DNA of 64,000 bases from Vermamoeba vermiformis. Lineage: Eukaryota. Positions within the stretch are counted from its first letter, which is position 1. Each line of letters opens with the position of its first letter. Shown piece by piece: positions 1 to 14,228 of the stretch. The translations under genes were made by a program, and so were the position numbers. The DNA is taken from NCBI GenBank assembly GCA_045837725.1, contig JBEWZL010000003.1, positions 310,001-374,000 on the forward strand, written 5' to 3'. Under the pieces are notes generated by a model. That model worked only from the letters and a program-made list of their open reading frames with translations, had not been told where the DNA came from and did not search any database.

Positions 1-1430
<1,430 letters not shown>

Positions 1431-1781
1431 GGCTAATAGTTATTTAAGGTACGTGGTACTATGTCTAAGCTCGACAATGAAATTAAAGATGCACCTGAAG
1501 CCATTTTGTACCTTTTTGAATCGAGCCCTGGAAGATCAGATAATTTCCACTTTTGGATCTGAGTTCCCACAGAACTTCGGCCAAACGGGCGAATCGCACA
1601 ATAAGTACACATTTAGTGCACTGATTTTTCCGAAGCAGGCGTAACAAAGAAAGAAGCGTCATTTGCCTCGGATCTTGGGCCGTTCTTTTTTTTGGTCGCT
1701 AGAATGTTCCGCAGCAAAGTATAAACATTTTGTTGGGGACAAAAGAGGCAGTTGTTTTCATTCTAAGTCCAAGACAACACC

Positions 1782-3798
1782 ATGCGCGCAGTAATTATAC
1801 TTTGCGCATTCGCATTGGCCGTTATGGCTCAGAATTCAAATCTGATCCAAAACCTTCCTGGCATGGTAACTCCTTTTAGCTTGATCGATACGATATTAAT
1901 TTTCTGTATTAGACATTCACTCCTAACTTCCGTATGTACTCTGGTTACATCTCCGTCAGCTCTAGCAAACAGCTTTTCTACTGGTAGATTTACTTTTTAA
2001 AAAGCTCAAAAAATATCTTTATTCATCCGACTAAATTTAATAGGTTTGTTGAATCGGCTAACGCTCCTTCTACCGATCCTTTAATTTTATGGCTAAACGG
2101 AGGTAAATTTCTTTAGATATTTCCAGGTTTGATCGCGACCAATTTTTAATGTACCAAGGTCCTGGATGCTCAAGTTTGGGAGGCCTCTTATCTGTAAGTA
2201 ATATAGTATCTTTTCTATATCGCCTTAACTTTTGTTACGTAGGAAAACGGTCCTTTCTGGCCAGACAACAAGGGAAACTTGAACCGCAATCCTTATAGCT
2301 GGAACACTGTCGCTAACGTGCTCTATCTTGAGTCTCCTGCAGGGTATGTCAATTGAAGACATTGAGATCTCTTTGGCGGTCATACTAAGGTTGATCCGTT
2401 ACAGAGTCGGCTTCTCGATCTTCAATCCTATGGGTGTCTCTGGCGATAACTCTACTGCGGATGATTCCTTTGCGGTATGCTATATACTTGCTACTTATAA
2501 CACTGATGCTAACAATGTTTTAGTTCCTTCAAAAGTGGATTGCCGTGTACCCCAAATACCAAAATAACGACTTTTATATTGCTGGCGAAAGCTACGGTGG
2601 TAAGTTAAATTATATACATTAGATGATTCGCAAATGCTTAACGGTTTATTTTTAAGGCCATTACATTCCTACTTTAGCCTACCGCATTGCAATGGCAGCC
2701 CAAAACAAGCCGCTCGCCTTTCCTCAACGCAATTTCCGTGGATTTTTGGTCGGCAATCCTTTAATTAACGTAAGAAGCCATTTATCTCAACCAGAGCTTA
2801 TTGACTAACAAAATTTTTGGATCGCAGTTCGACATTGATCTTGGAGCTCCTTTGAACTTATACTAGTAAGTATTAAGTACCGTATTATGCATTGAACCTA
2901 ACGCCGTATTAGCCAGTACCATGGCATGCTGCAATTAGGCGACCAAACTGGTAACCCTCAGGGTACTTTGGATGTAAGTTTCAAAATTGTAAATTTGACA
3001 TAATTCATTAATATTATCTAGCCTTACGATATTTTGGTTGATGTTTGCGGCGCTGATAGCATTAGAAATCGCGTTCGCTTCCCGCATCCACTCTTCAAGA
3101 ACGCACCCAAGAAGAGATACGTGCCGAACCCTCCTGCTTGCCTCGACGACTATGTTAGTACTTATTTGAACGTAAGTATCCTTTACAATAACTATATTAA
3201 ATACCTACTCTGCTTTCCTAGAATTATTTTATTGTTTTCAATCGCAATTTAATTTACTAACGGCTTTTACTGTAGAGAGCCGATGTTCAAGCAGCCATTC
3301 ACGCTCAAAAGAGCAGCTGGACCTTGTGCGGTGGCATCAATTACAATCAAAACGACCCGACAATCAACATGATCCCCTACTTTGACTTTTTCTTGAACTC
3401 CACTCAGTACAAGGTGCTCGTGTACTCCGGTGATGCAGACACCGTCCTGAGCTTCGTCGGTACTCAAACTTGGATCTTGAGCCTCAACAGACCCGTCGTA
3501 TCTCCTTGGAACGCGTGGAATTACAACAACGATAACGGTCAGCAAGTTGCAGGCTGGTACGTCGTCTTTGATCGCATGACCTTCGCGACAATCAAAGGTG
3601 CTGGTCATATGGTGCCATTGTACCAACCTGGTCCCGCTTTGCGTAAGTACTTTAGTAAACCGAATCTGGATCGTTGAAATGAAATCGACTTGTTTTACTA
3701 CGTCATCTCCTCGTTCCAGAAAGATTGCATCATCTCATTCATAAATTAACATCTTTTATTTAGAAATGCTCAATAACTTCCTTAGCAACACGTTCTAA
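1782..3798 (+). CDS. Secreted serine carboxypeptidase, family S10 (multi-exon)
   Basis: Signal peptide [16 protein letters not shown]; motifs [48 protein letters not shown] and [10 protein letters not shown]; stop at 3796-3798. Confidence 0.93.
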
Positions 3799-3897
3799 GA
3801 TTGCTAATTTCAATAAAAGCATTTGACCTTCGGATCAATCAGAACGACCGTCATTATTAGTGATCCTTGCATTGGGATCAATAGTATTAGTAGCGGT

Positions 3898-5012
3898 ATG
3901 CTCTTAGACCCTCGTAAGGTACTAGTAAGAAAGTTTATACGGACCGAGAAATTCCGGGAGAGACGTCTCGTGAGGCGACGATAAAAGGCAATTTTATTTA
4001 ACCATTACTTTTAATTTAATATCGACGCAACATAAAAACCATGGCAGGATTACTCGTTGTTCGTAGCGCTAATTGGATCATCAACCAACGTACTCAAGCC
4101 GAAACCAAGAGCAGAAGCTAAAGAGATCCACCTTCCAGATGGCACCGGAAAAAGAGTTGTTATATTCGGAGCTACAGGTAAATAATTTTTTGGATTTTAT
4201 TTTATTTTCCGATGGCGGCTCGGACCTAATTTTACTTGGCAGGATCCACCGGCGCTGCTCTTACAGAACTTGCTTTGAAGAACAATTATGACGTAGTTGC
4301 CGCTGTTAGACGTCCTGATGCCATAAAGCTAAAGCACGAAAGATTGCAAGTCCTCAAAACGGATTTGACGGATGAGGTCTCGATACAAAACTCCGTTAAA
4401 GGAGCAGGTCTGTTTACCTCATTAATGCTCATTATTAGTTTAGTGATGTAACTTTATCTATTAGACTTGGTTATTAGCTGCATTGGAGGAACGGATCTCA
4501 AGCCAAACAGTATTTGTACCGACTGTATGTTCTCTAATATATTTTTCGAACGTTACTGACAAAATATACTATAGCTACTGTAGCTATATTTAGCGCGATG
4601 AAGAAGGTTGGTTCTAAACGACTAATAGTAATTTCTTCTTGTGGTCTCTACGAAAGTCCAGATTACCCGCTCTTCTATGAATACGTCATGCGCCGCTATC
4701 TCTTGAAAAATGTATATACAGATTTAGAAAATATGGAATTGAAGATCAAAGATGAATCTGATTGGCTGGATTGGACTATCATTCGTCCAGGCGGATTCTT
4801 TGACGGGCCAATGACAGGTACGAAAAATCGACCATATGTCCTTCAATTATACTATAAATGACCTCGTGTATAATATATTAGGCCGATATCGATTCACAAT
4901 TGATACACTCGTGCCTCAAGGCTTTTGTCAGTCGATCGCGGATGTGGCTCACAGTTGCCTTGCTTTTTCAACAGACGAATACGTCCGTAAAACAGTTGCC
5001 ATCAGTTATTAA
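3898..5012 (+). CDS. NAD(P)-binding flavin reductase / biliverdin reductase B-like protein (start uncertain)
   Basis: KRVVIFGATG|STG Rossmann motif, DVVAAVRRP, RLIVISS and LDWTIIRPG; stop at 5010-5012. The start is inferred through a possible 3919-4047 intron. Confidence 0.8.
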
Positions 5013-5137
5013 GAACAACAGGCGTTACTAACTGTAGTACTTTGTAAAAAAGAATTCGTTTGTTTCTCCGAGCTGAATTTTTCATAATTTTTCTTTGTGA
5101 AAACTGAACATATCTTTTGCTAACAAGAAGCTGAATA

Positions 5138-7855
5138 ATGTTTGGACCACGACTACAGATTCGTAGAAAAAGAAAAGCTGAGGATGATGTAGAAGACGCG
5201 GGTAGATCTGGCAGTAAGATTATTTTGACTTACACGGCCATTACGAAATAAAATTATAACAATGTTAATATTAACCTAGAGCGTTCCAAGGAGTTACACG
5301 ATAACGGTAAAGAAAAATATGCAACGCAAATTAATTTAATTATTATTTGACATTTTGAGCGTCACTTTGGCTAACTAGCCAATAGATTACCAACATGCAC
5401 GACAACCCATAATTATTGAGCGAGATGCATCTGCAATATTGGTGAAAGAAGGAGTACTTAAAAAGTATGAAGAAAAAACGAACAAATGGGAAGATGTGAT
5501 AGTAAGATTATGTTCGAACGCTGATTTGGAATGGGAGCTATTGGACAATGCACATATGGATTTACTGCCAATTGATATGACTGAGGAGCCCAACAAATTA
5601 CGACGGGTGCGGATCAAGCCAGACAGTAAAATAGACCATGGCCCCGATGGAACTGGTTTTGAGATATACGACCTACATTGCGCAAGTATGAACTATATTC
5701 ATCGAGTACTGTTTGCAGCTAGCAGTGTTGATGTAAGTGAAATTTCTACCTTTTAATTTCTGATCCAAAATCTAATCATTCCCGCGTAGGAATGTGAGAG
5801 ATGGATGCGTACGATCAATTACACAGTTTTAAAGGGCGCGTTGACATTCAAGCTGCATAAACACCCGTTGACTCCTTGTAGGACCAAAAATAATACCTGG
5901 TGTAAATCAGATCGGTACCGATTTATGCCCGCTCTGGCACCCATTGGTCCCTCTATAATTGATAGCCTGACCAAGTGCATTTATTGCGGAATTATTTCAA
6001 CTCATTCTCCTGGTAAGTAATGTGAAAATTAATAACGTGTCTCTACGGACAAATTATTAAGTTTTCATACCATGTTTAGTATTCCACTGTGAATTCTGCG
6101 AATACGATATCTGCAAACAATGCCTCGACGCGTATTCAAAGAAACAATGGCAATTGGAACATTCAGTGAACCACCAACAACATGCGGTAGTGAGGTTCTT
6201 CGGTACTGCTGATGTCACGTGGTTTCCACGCAGTTACAGGATGGCTGGTTATAACTGCAGCATATGCAAACAACAGAAGACAGGGCTTGTGTATCATTGC
6301 ATGGAGTGTGGCTTTTACGACGAGTGCTCTGACTGCTTCAAAAAAGTCACAACAGAAACGGATCCATCGAACGAAAACGAAGACACAGAGATGCAATTAG
6401 ACATCGGAGTGCTGTCACGTGTCATTACCAAATCTGGAAATGTCTTTGAGCTCAACAAACAAGGCGAACGCAAGCCACCACAAGCAGCGAGCATGATCAC
6501 GACAAAGTGTTGGGACGTGTCACAGATTGACTCCGCACCAGTACCTTCAGCGTACTTTGAAGTGACATTCCATCATCTCGAAGGTCAGTACGTGAGTGTG
6601 GGTGTTGGCAATCAGATCTTTGTTCAGAATCAACTGCTCGGCTATCAACAGAACAGCTTCGGGTACTGCAACAACGGACAAGTGACGCAGGATGTTGGCA
6701 CCAACTTGCAAAACTTTCCTGCTTATGGCACTGGTGCGGAGTTACTTTATTCATATCGATAGACTTAACCGGATCTTAATTGACGCTTTGACAGGTGACA
6801 CAGTTGGCATTGGAATGTTGTTGGACTCGTTCAACATGCATCGATTGTACTTCACAAAGAACGGACAGCTTCTAGGTTAGTACTTTAAGGCCAAACTTAA
6901 TCATTTCTTAGTAATGACCGTGACTTCAGGAAGCTTAAGCCAACAAGTTAACATCAGCATGGATTACTTCCCAGGCGTGTCATTCACTCCGAACATGTGT
7001 CAACAACTCAAGTTCTTGGTCAACACGACAGGACCATTCATGTTCGATCCAAATAGTGTTCCTGATTATAGAAATACGAGAGAGAACTGGCTTGAACAAC
7101 TTCCTGTCGAATTAATTGTCAAATGTCTCGAAAATGCCACGTCATCGCCTCAACACGTCATTAAGTATTTTTACGTAAGTCACACTGAAACTCATTCTAA
7201 ATCAGAATAGTACGTGTACTAATGTCTTCGTGTAGATTTCGAAATGGCTCTCTGCTGTAGCGAGTGATAATGACATTTGGAGGCCAATGTTCTTGCACCG
7301 CTGGCCAAAGCAAAATTCCCACTTGAAACTCAAGTCGTGGATGACACTTTACAAGCGCCGTCACAAAGTTGAAAGCTGTGTCCCGCGAAACCAAGGGCGG
7401 TTGAAATCCATTAATTTCCCTACTCGATTTCCTGACGGAGCTAACTTTATCGGTAAGTGGATCCAGGACTACGGCTGCTGAAAGTACTTACTTTACCATT
7501 GAACAGAAAACTGTGATCGCGAGTTCGACTGTTCGCTCATCATAGAAAATCTGGTCTCTGTAGGTCTCGGAACTGACTCTCAATTGCAATGTGACAAGTG
7601 TCACAAGTACGTGCACAAAGGTACGTATGACATGGCCAGATCCAGGTCGGATCTGAAACTTAATTGCAAAAATAACACTTACCGACATGCTATTGTTAGT
7701 TAAAAATGAAGCCGAAGTTGAACAACTCAATGCCATGGGACCTTATGTACGACCAAAGAAACCAAGAAATTCGTTTCAATTTTGGAGTTGATCCGACCAC
7801 GGATATACCCACTGCAATGCGGTTGAATAGGTCAAAATCAATATTTGGCATGTGA
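5138..7855 (+). CDS. Multidomain protein: PH-like + ZZ-type Zn fingers + SPRY + F-box
   Basis: PH-like VKEGVLKKYEEKTNKWEDVIVRL; ZZ-like CSICKQQKTGLVYHCMECGFYDECSDC; SPRY YFEVTF...SFGYCNNG...GDTVGIG; F-box LEQLPVELIVKCL...IWRPMFLHRWP. Confidence 0.75.
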
Positions 7856-8000
7856 AGATACGTCCACCCAATGAGACAAGGAGCGCGTCCGATGGAATTC
7901 CAAATTTTTTCCGTGAATCACAAACATCAACTACAAATTGACATTTTTCGGCCGGTATTTTATTCAGGCCTTGATCAAGCACCACAACCGAACTCTTAAT

Positions 8001-9536
8001 ATGAACAAGCTAATATTATTGTTGAGCGTTATCAGCGTTGCATTGGCTGGCCGGTACTGGGATCAATGGGCTGCTGGAAATGGAGGCGTTCATTCGAATC
8101 CTGTATTCAAAACTCAACCACAATTGCGTTGGACGTTTAATTTTAATTACACTTATGCGGATGGTAAGTCATTCTTAACTCACATAATTAAATCAAATCG
8201 CATCTGATGGGATCTGATTTTTTGTTCTTCAGGTGTTCTTCCAATCGATAACCAAGAACATCAGCTTTATATGGTTCATGGAGAGGTAGGCCAACCTGCC
8301 TATTGGAAGTTTTCGTGGGGTGGTAAAATCCTGGCCTCGTGGGATTCGCCCTTCAAAGATATCAGGATCGAAGGAACGATTGGATCGCGCAACGGCGTCG
8401 TTTATGTTTACACTGGATATATGAACACTCTATTCGCTATCAACGAGACTACTTTGGAGCAGATCTGGAACACAACGAATCTCGTATCTAGTACCAACCC
8501 TTATTCGAACAGTCCGCTAGAATGGAACGAAGATTACTCTATTCTTTATTTATCGACTGCCAATCAGATCCACGCTATCAATGCTGCAAATGGAAACATT
8601 ATTTGGAGCACTCAGCCTACAGCCGGTCACACTTACTACGCGCCCCTGATCCGATCCACCCTTGACAATACATTCGTGGTCAAATACTACAACAACTCTC
8701 TGGTCAAGTACAACATTACCAATGGCCAGGTCGTGTGGGCCAAGCAGCTGCAAGGAATTAATTGGGCCACGACACCACCACCTACCGTTGATAACACCGA
8801 CGGAAGTATCTACGTCACGACTTTTTCGGTGTGGATCTACAAACTGGACATCAACGGAAATGTCGTCTGGTCTCAAACTGACGGAAATGGCAGCTTCAAT
8901 TATCATTCCCCAGTGTTATTCAGCTCCGAATACGTGTTAATTTCAGGCACTAATGGCTTCATGAAACTTTATAATACCACATCTGGCGAGTCGGTCAGTG
9001 TCTTCAAGTACGAAGTCAATGGAACTGCATTGCAAATGTTCTCGCAGCCGTTGTTCAACAGAGAAAAGAACGTGCTCTACATTGTGTACTTTGAGACTAG
9101 TGCACTTGTGGCCCTGGACACGAGCAACATGTTCAACTTCACTGTCATGTGGTCACTTGACACGCTGTTAAACATCTACGGTGGCGCCGGTCCTTCGATC
9201 GCTTCCGATGGCACTATCTTCATGGCGAACACTGACAGCGAATCGGCAGTTGGCCTCGTTTCGATCGGTTGTCCAGTCACGAAACAACTGTCAAGTGATG
9301 GCATGTCGTGTGTTTGTGCACCAGCCTTTGTCACATCAGGAGACTCGTGCGTGTGCTCTGATAACACAAAAGAGCCTTCAGAAGATGGTTTGAGCTGTGT
9401 TGACAAGCCTGGCATTCCTCGATCTGCCGATCCCGCGTCAACAAACACACCTGCTCCAGTCAAAACCACTAGCAGTGCTGCAGCCATTGGTTTGAACTTG
9501 TTAATGATCGTAGCACTCGTAGCTTTGCAGTTGTAA
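8001..9536 (+). CDS. Secreted PQQ/BamB-like beta-propeller protein with Cys-rich tail and GPI-like C-terminus, copy 1
   Basis: Signal peptide and one intron; repeats such as IHAINAANGNIIWS and YKLDINGNVVWS; GPSIASDGTIF; hydrophobic C-terminus. Confidence 0.8.
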
Positions 9537-9836
9537 TCGTTACAATAAACGGGTAAACCGAACATTTCTCAATTGTGACATGTCAAGTTTTGACACGCGA
9601 CAGCGGTTCATCCGGCACTAATGTACGCTTCAAATTGTCGTTGAACGATCTGAGAAGGGTCTAGTGCCAAATATATGCGACTATAATGATGTTCCTTCTT
9701 GGTACATTGTGAATCAATTCTATCCACAAAAAGGAAACTGTTTGTTTCGTCCGTGTCTCATCCGCGCTAGAAATAGAAATCTTGCCATAAACATTTATTT
9801 CATTCCACCATATTCATCCAAGCACCACGACTCAGT

Positions 9837-11419
9837 ATGAATAGTAAGATTCTATTTCTATTGAGCGCCACCATAAGCGTTGCATTGGCTGGACGCTATT
9901 GGGATCAATGGGCTGCTGGAAATAATGGCGTTCATACGAATCCCGTATTCAAAACTCAACCACAAATTAGATGGTCTTTCAACTATAATTATACGTACAA
10001 CGATGGTAAGCTCGGTTTAATTCTTGCGATCGACACGAATCTCACCTCGATCTTTCAGCCGTTGTTCCTATCGATAACCAGAATCGCGTTATCTATATGG
10101 CCAACGGAGAGACCGGTCAAATTGGATATTGGAAGTTCTCATGGGGCGGCCAAATCCTTTCATCTTGGAAAACTGGATTCCCTACATTCTTTGACGGAAC
10201 GCTTGGCGTCCGCAACGGCGTTGTGTTTATCTACTCTGGAAGTAAAAGGACTCTTTTCGCTGTTAATGAGACGACTACAAAGGTCATATGGAACGCAACA
10301 GATCTTGTTTCGAGTACCAACCCTTACTCGAACAATCCTCTTGAATGGAACGAAGACGACTCTATTCTTTATTTATCGACTGCCAATCAGATCCACGCCA
10401 TCAACGCTACTAACGGAAACATTATTTGGAGCACTCAACCGATGGACAGTCAAACTGCTATCTCTCCGCTGATCAGATCCACCCTTGACAATACATTCGT
10501 GGTCAAGTACTACAATAACACCCTATCAAAGTACAAAATTGCCGATGGACAGTTAGTGTGGAGAACTAATTTGGATGGAGGTGAATGGAATACGCCATCG
10601 CCACCAGCAGTAGATAACGCTGATGGAAGTATCTACTGCACAACTTGGCGCTCCGGAGTTTACAAACTAGATATCAACGGAAACATCGTCTGGTCCCAGA
10701 CTGACTCCACTGGATGGTTCCGTTACCATTCCCCATTGTTATTTAACTCCGAATATGTGATGGTCCCTGGTACTATTGGTGGCATCAAACTTTACTCAAA
10801 ATCAACGGGCGACTCGCACGATGTCTTTACATACGGCTTTGACTATGCAAACAACATTGCCATGCAAGTGTTCACGCAGCCGTTGCTCAACAAAGAAAAG
10901 AACGTGCTGTACATTGTCTACTTCACGACTGCATCACTTCTGGCCCTCGACACGAGCAACGTGAACAACTTCACTCTCATGTGGTCAGTTGACACGCTGT
11001 TAACAAAACACAGTGGCAGCGGCCCGTCGATCGCTTCTGATGGCACTATCTTCATGGCAACAGCTACGCGTGATTACCCCGTTGGCCTCGTTTCGATCGG
11101 TTGTCCAATCACGAAACAACTGTCAAGTGATGGCATGTCGTGTGTTTGTGTACCAGTCTTTATCGCATCAGGTGACTCGTGCGTGTGCTCTGATAACACA
11201 AAAGAGCCTTCAGAAGATGGCTTGAGCTGTGTTGACAAGCCTATCGTTCCCAGCGATGCTTCGCCATCATCGTCTTCATCACCCTCCTCGCCCGTAACTC
11301 CTGCTAGTACTAACACTCCAGCTGGCAATAAGACACCCAATTCATCAATCACGAGCAATGCAGTGGCTGTTGGTGTCAATTTGACTGTTGCACTTGCACT
11401 CATAGCTGTGCTGTTGTAA
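9837..11419 (+). CDS. Secreted PQQ/BamB-like beta-propeller protein, tandem paralog copy 2
   Basis: Same architecture and intron position as 8001-9536, with extensive visible identity. Confidence 0.8.
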
Positions 11420-11632
11420 TCGTTACAATCGCAGTCCTTGTGCTGAAAAACCAATAAACGAATGACGTTAAAAGCATTGAGAATATTCTTAGGCCCAAGG
11501 TTTTTTCAAAGTGTAATAACTTCAGATCCGAATGTCAAAGTTTGACACGTGTCACCATGAACTCGAGCAACCATTGACGGCGCCAAAGGTTTATCTTATA
11601 CTCCAATCAATGTTCGTTGTGTCGATGTTCGT

Positions 11633-13885
11633 TTAGATCTTGTTAACGTCCATGAGCAAGTTCGGGACCGGTCTTGTCGTGATGCGGATCTTCGATGTGT
11701 ATTGGTGACCTGGCGCGATTCTCAAACGGAAATGTTGCAACAATACGATCAGTGCTGCCTTGCTCTCTTCAAGCGCAAATTTGTTACTAAAAATAGTGCG
11801 TTAATAACGGCCCTTATAGAGTGCAAGATCCGGATCCTACCCGATGCATCCACGACCTCCGGTCAAGAAAGGCATATAAATAAAATTGCTAATGTTTTGC
11901 TGAGAGTCCCATCGATCAGGATTAAAAGCATCTAATTAATATAGTAATGTCAGTTTAAATGAAATTTCGAACATAGCGATCGGATCTACGTACCAGGGTT
12001 GTCCCAATATTTCCTGGAGAAATGCAATGCGGCAATAGGAATGACAATATAAGACTATAGAGATATGTTTAGCATCGTTATTAATTTTGTTATTGCTTTG
12101 GGCTTACGTGAGCCGGGATCTTGTATTTGCCGAGCCACGTGTCCTCGTTGACAGATCTGCGAATAGTAACTGGTACTGGTGCATAGAATCGCAATACTTC
12201 TTTCATAAAGTTGTTCAAATAAGGCTATAATTGATAAACAATTCATTAGCGAACGAGATCTAACGACCAAAAAATTAGATCTGACTTACAACTTGATCGA
12301 TCTCTTCAGGATTAATAGTAGTTAAATCTTTGCCAGCAAAGTGCTTGTTAATCTCATCAGCGAGTTTTTGTTCGATTTCTGGGTATTTGCTCAGTGCTTC
12401 AAAAGCCCATGTCAGACCCACACTTGTGGTCTCGTGACCGGCCAAGAAAAACGTCAAAGTCTAAAAACAATAGTGTATTAGTAATTAAGCCGACACCTCT
12501 TATATATACATCGCATATATTATAGTAAAAGATTCTACGGGTTTGCAAAAATGCTTCGCGAACTTACGTGGTCGAAGAGCTGTTTGTTGGTCAAAACAAC
12601 ACCACTCTCAGAGTCTCGGGCACGAATCAACGTGTCCAATAAATCCTTGGCTAAGTATAAAATAGTATTAGCAACATATTAGACAGGTTTAAATACCGAA
12701 ATAGAAAATTAAATTTGAAAATAAAAATCATGTCTTACGTTTAGCTTCCGGATCCAACGAGCTGCGCTTCTCTTCAATAATTCTGTACAAAATCTCGCGT
12801 ACTTTGGACAAATTCTTTTTGAATCTAATGTTTTCAGGAGTAGGAACGTATTTTACGTAAGAAGGGATCAGATGTTGAGGCTTGACGTCGAAATATCCGA
12901 GAACTTCGTTGAATGCATATAACAACTCTGCTCGCTCGCTATTAGTGTCTTTAATAGCGCTCAATCCGTTCAAATCGTATCCAAACATTGTCGAGGAAAG
13001 TACATCCATAGTCAAAAGAGTCATTTCGGCTGTAATATCGACGCGTAATTTGCCATTATTTTGTTCTAATAAAGTGTTCCATCTTTGCACTAATAATTGC
13101 GCTTTTGAAAGAAATTTTGGGACCATGTCTTGCAACTCGCGATGATAAAATGACGGTTGGATCATGCGACGATGAGTATCATGAAGATCTCCTTCGGAAA
13201 ATAATAGACCCTCTAAATATAAAAATAATGCAATTTAGTTCGTAGTCCGAAGATGAACGCATATTCGGAAAAATTATTAATTCGTTGCAAGATCTGCGAA
13301 ATTGCAGTAAAACATTCATGAATCGTACCTCCAACAGCGTATTCCAATGCAGTAGCTGGTGGCTTAGTATAATTATATACATTTGTCACCAAAACTTGCT
13401 TTAGGACTTCTGGATTGCCAACTAAAACTCGATCTTTGCCAAGAATGGCTTTATAATGCACGAGTTGGTCCTCGCCACCAAATTCTTCGAGCCATTTGCG
13501 CTATTCAGTGATATGTTAATATATTTGGATCTAACTGAACCTTGTGGGCTTTGAAAATTGTCAAATCCATTTGGAGAGCGAATCCGGACGAGATTATACG
13601 ATAAAATTATGCGCGAATATGTATAATGCTTACGTGATAGAAGCGACTATCTTTCATGATCTCCCTAAAGTTGCCGAATAACCATGAAGGACTTTCAGGT
13701 CCCTAAAAGTCAGGTATTTATAAATAACCCAGCTCAAATCAATAAAATTCCAATAAATTTGAATATGAATAACTTACATTAAATATTTTATACGGATTAT
13801 TCTTTTCGTAACGATAGTTTTTCAGGACTAACAGAGATGCAGCGGCAACTGCCACAAAGATCAACAATAAAATAACTGAAACCAT
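11633..13885 (-). CDS. Cytochrome P450 (multi-exon)
   Basis: N-terminal TM anchor MVSVILLLIFVAVAAASLLV; I-helix TFFLAGHETT; ExxR (ESIAILC region reads FMKEVLR); heme motif PFLTGGRGCIG. Confidence 0.93.
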
Positions 13886-14228
13886 TTGCCTAGTGTATTT
13901 AATATTGTGAATAGGCTTTTATGTTTATCTAACAAATAAATAAATTACAAACGGCCCGCTGGTTCGTACTCCGAACGAAATTTTGTCGCGTCAGCGTGTG
14001 TCACAATCAGGGCTTACTTTTTACGAAGCCATAATACGCCTTAATAGGCCCTTATTACGAGCATGTAACTTAGGCTAATCAATGCCGATTTCTACGTTAT
14101 AAAATACTGACCAGATCTCGCAAGAATTTTAAGCCAAAATTTTTTCTCGTCCGCTGCCTCCAACTGGCTGAAAAAAATATCATTTATCGTTATAAATAGT
14201 ATCACGAATAGCATTTTTATAACTAATC

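Noticed and set aside
4041-4141. Apparent frameshift at the start of the flavin reductase gene (ATGs at 4041 and 4139 are out of frame)
   Set aside because: Resolved by an upstream ATG (3898) and a plausible phase-0 intron at 3919-4047; not evidence of a pseudogene.
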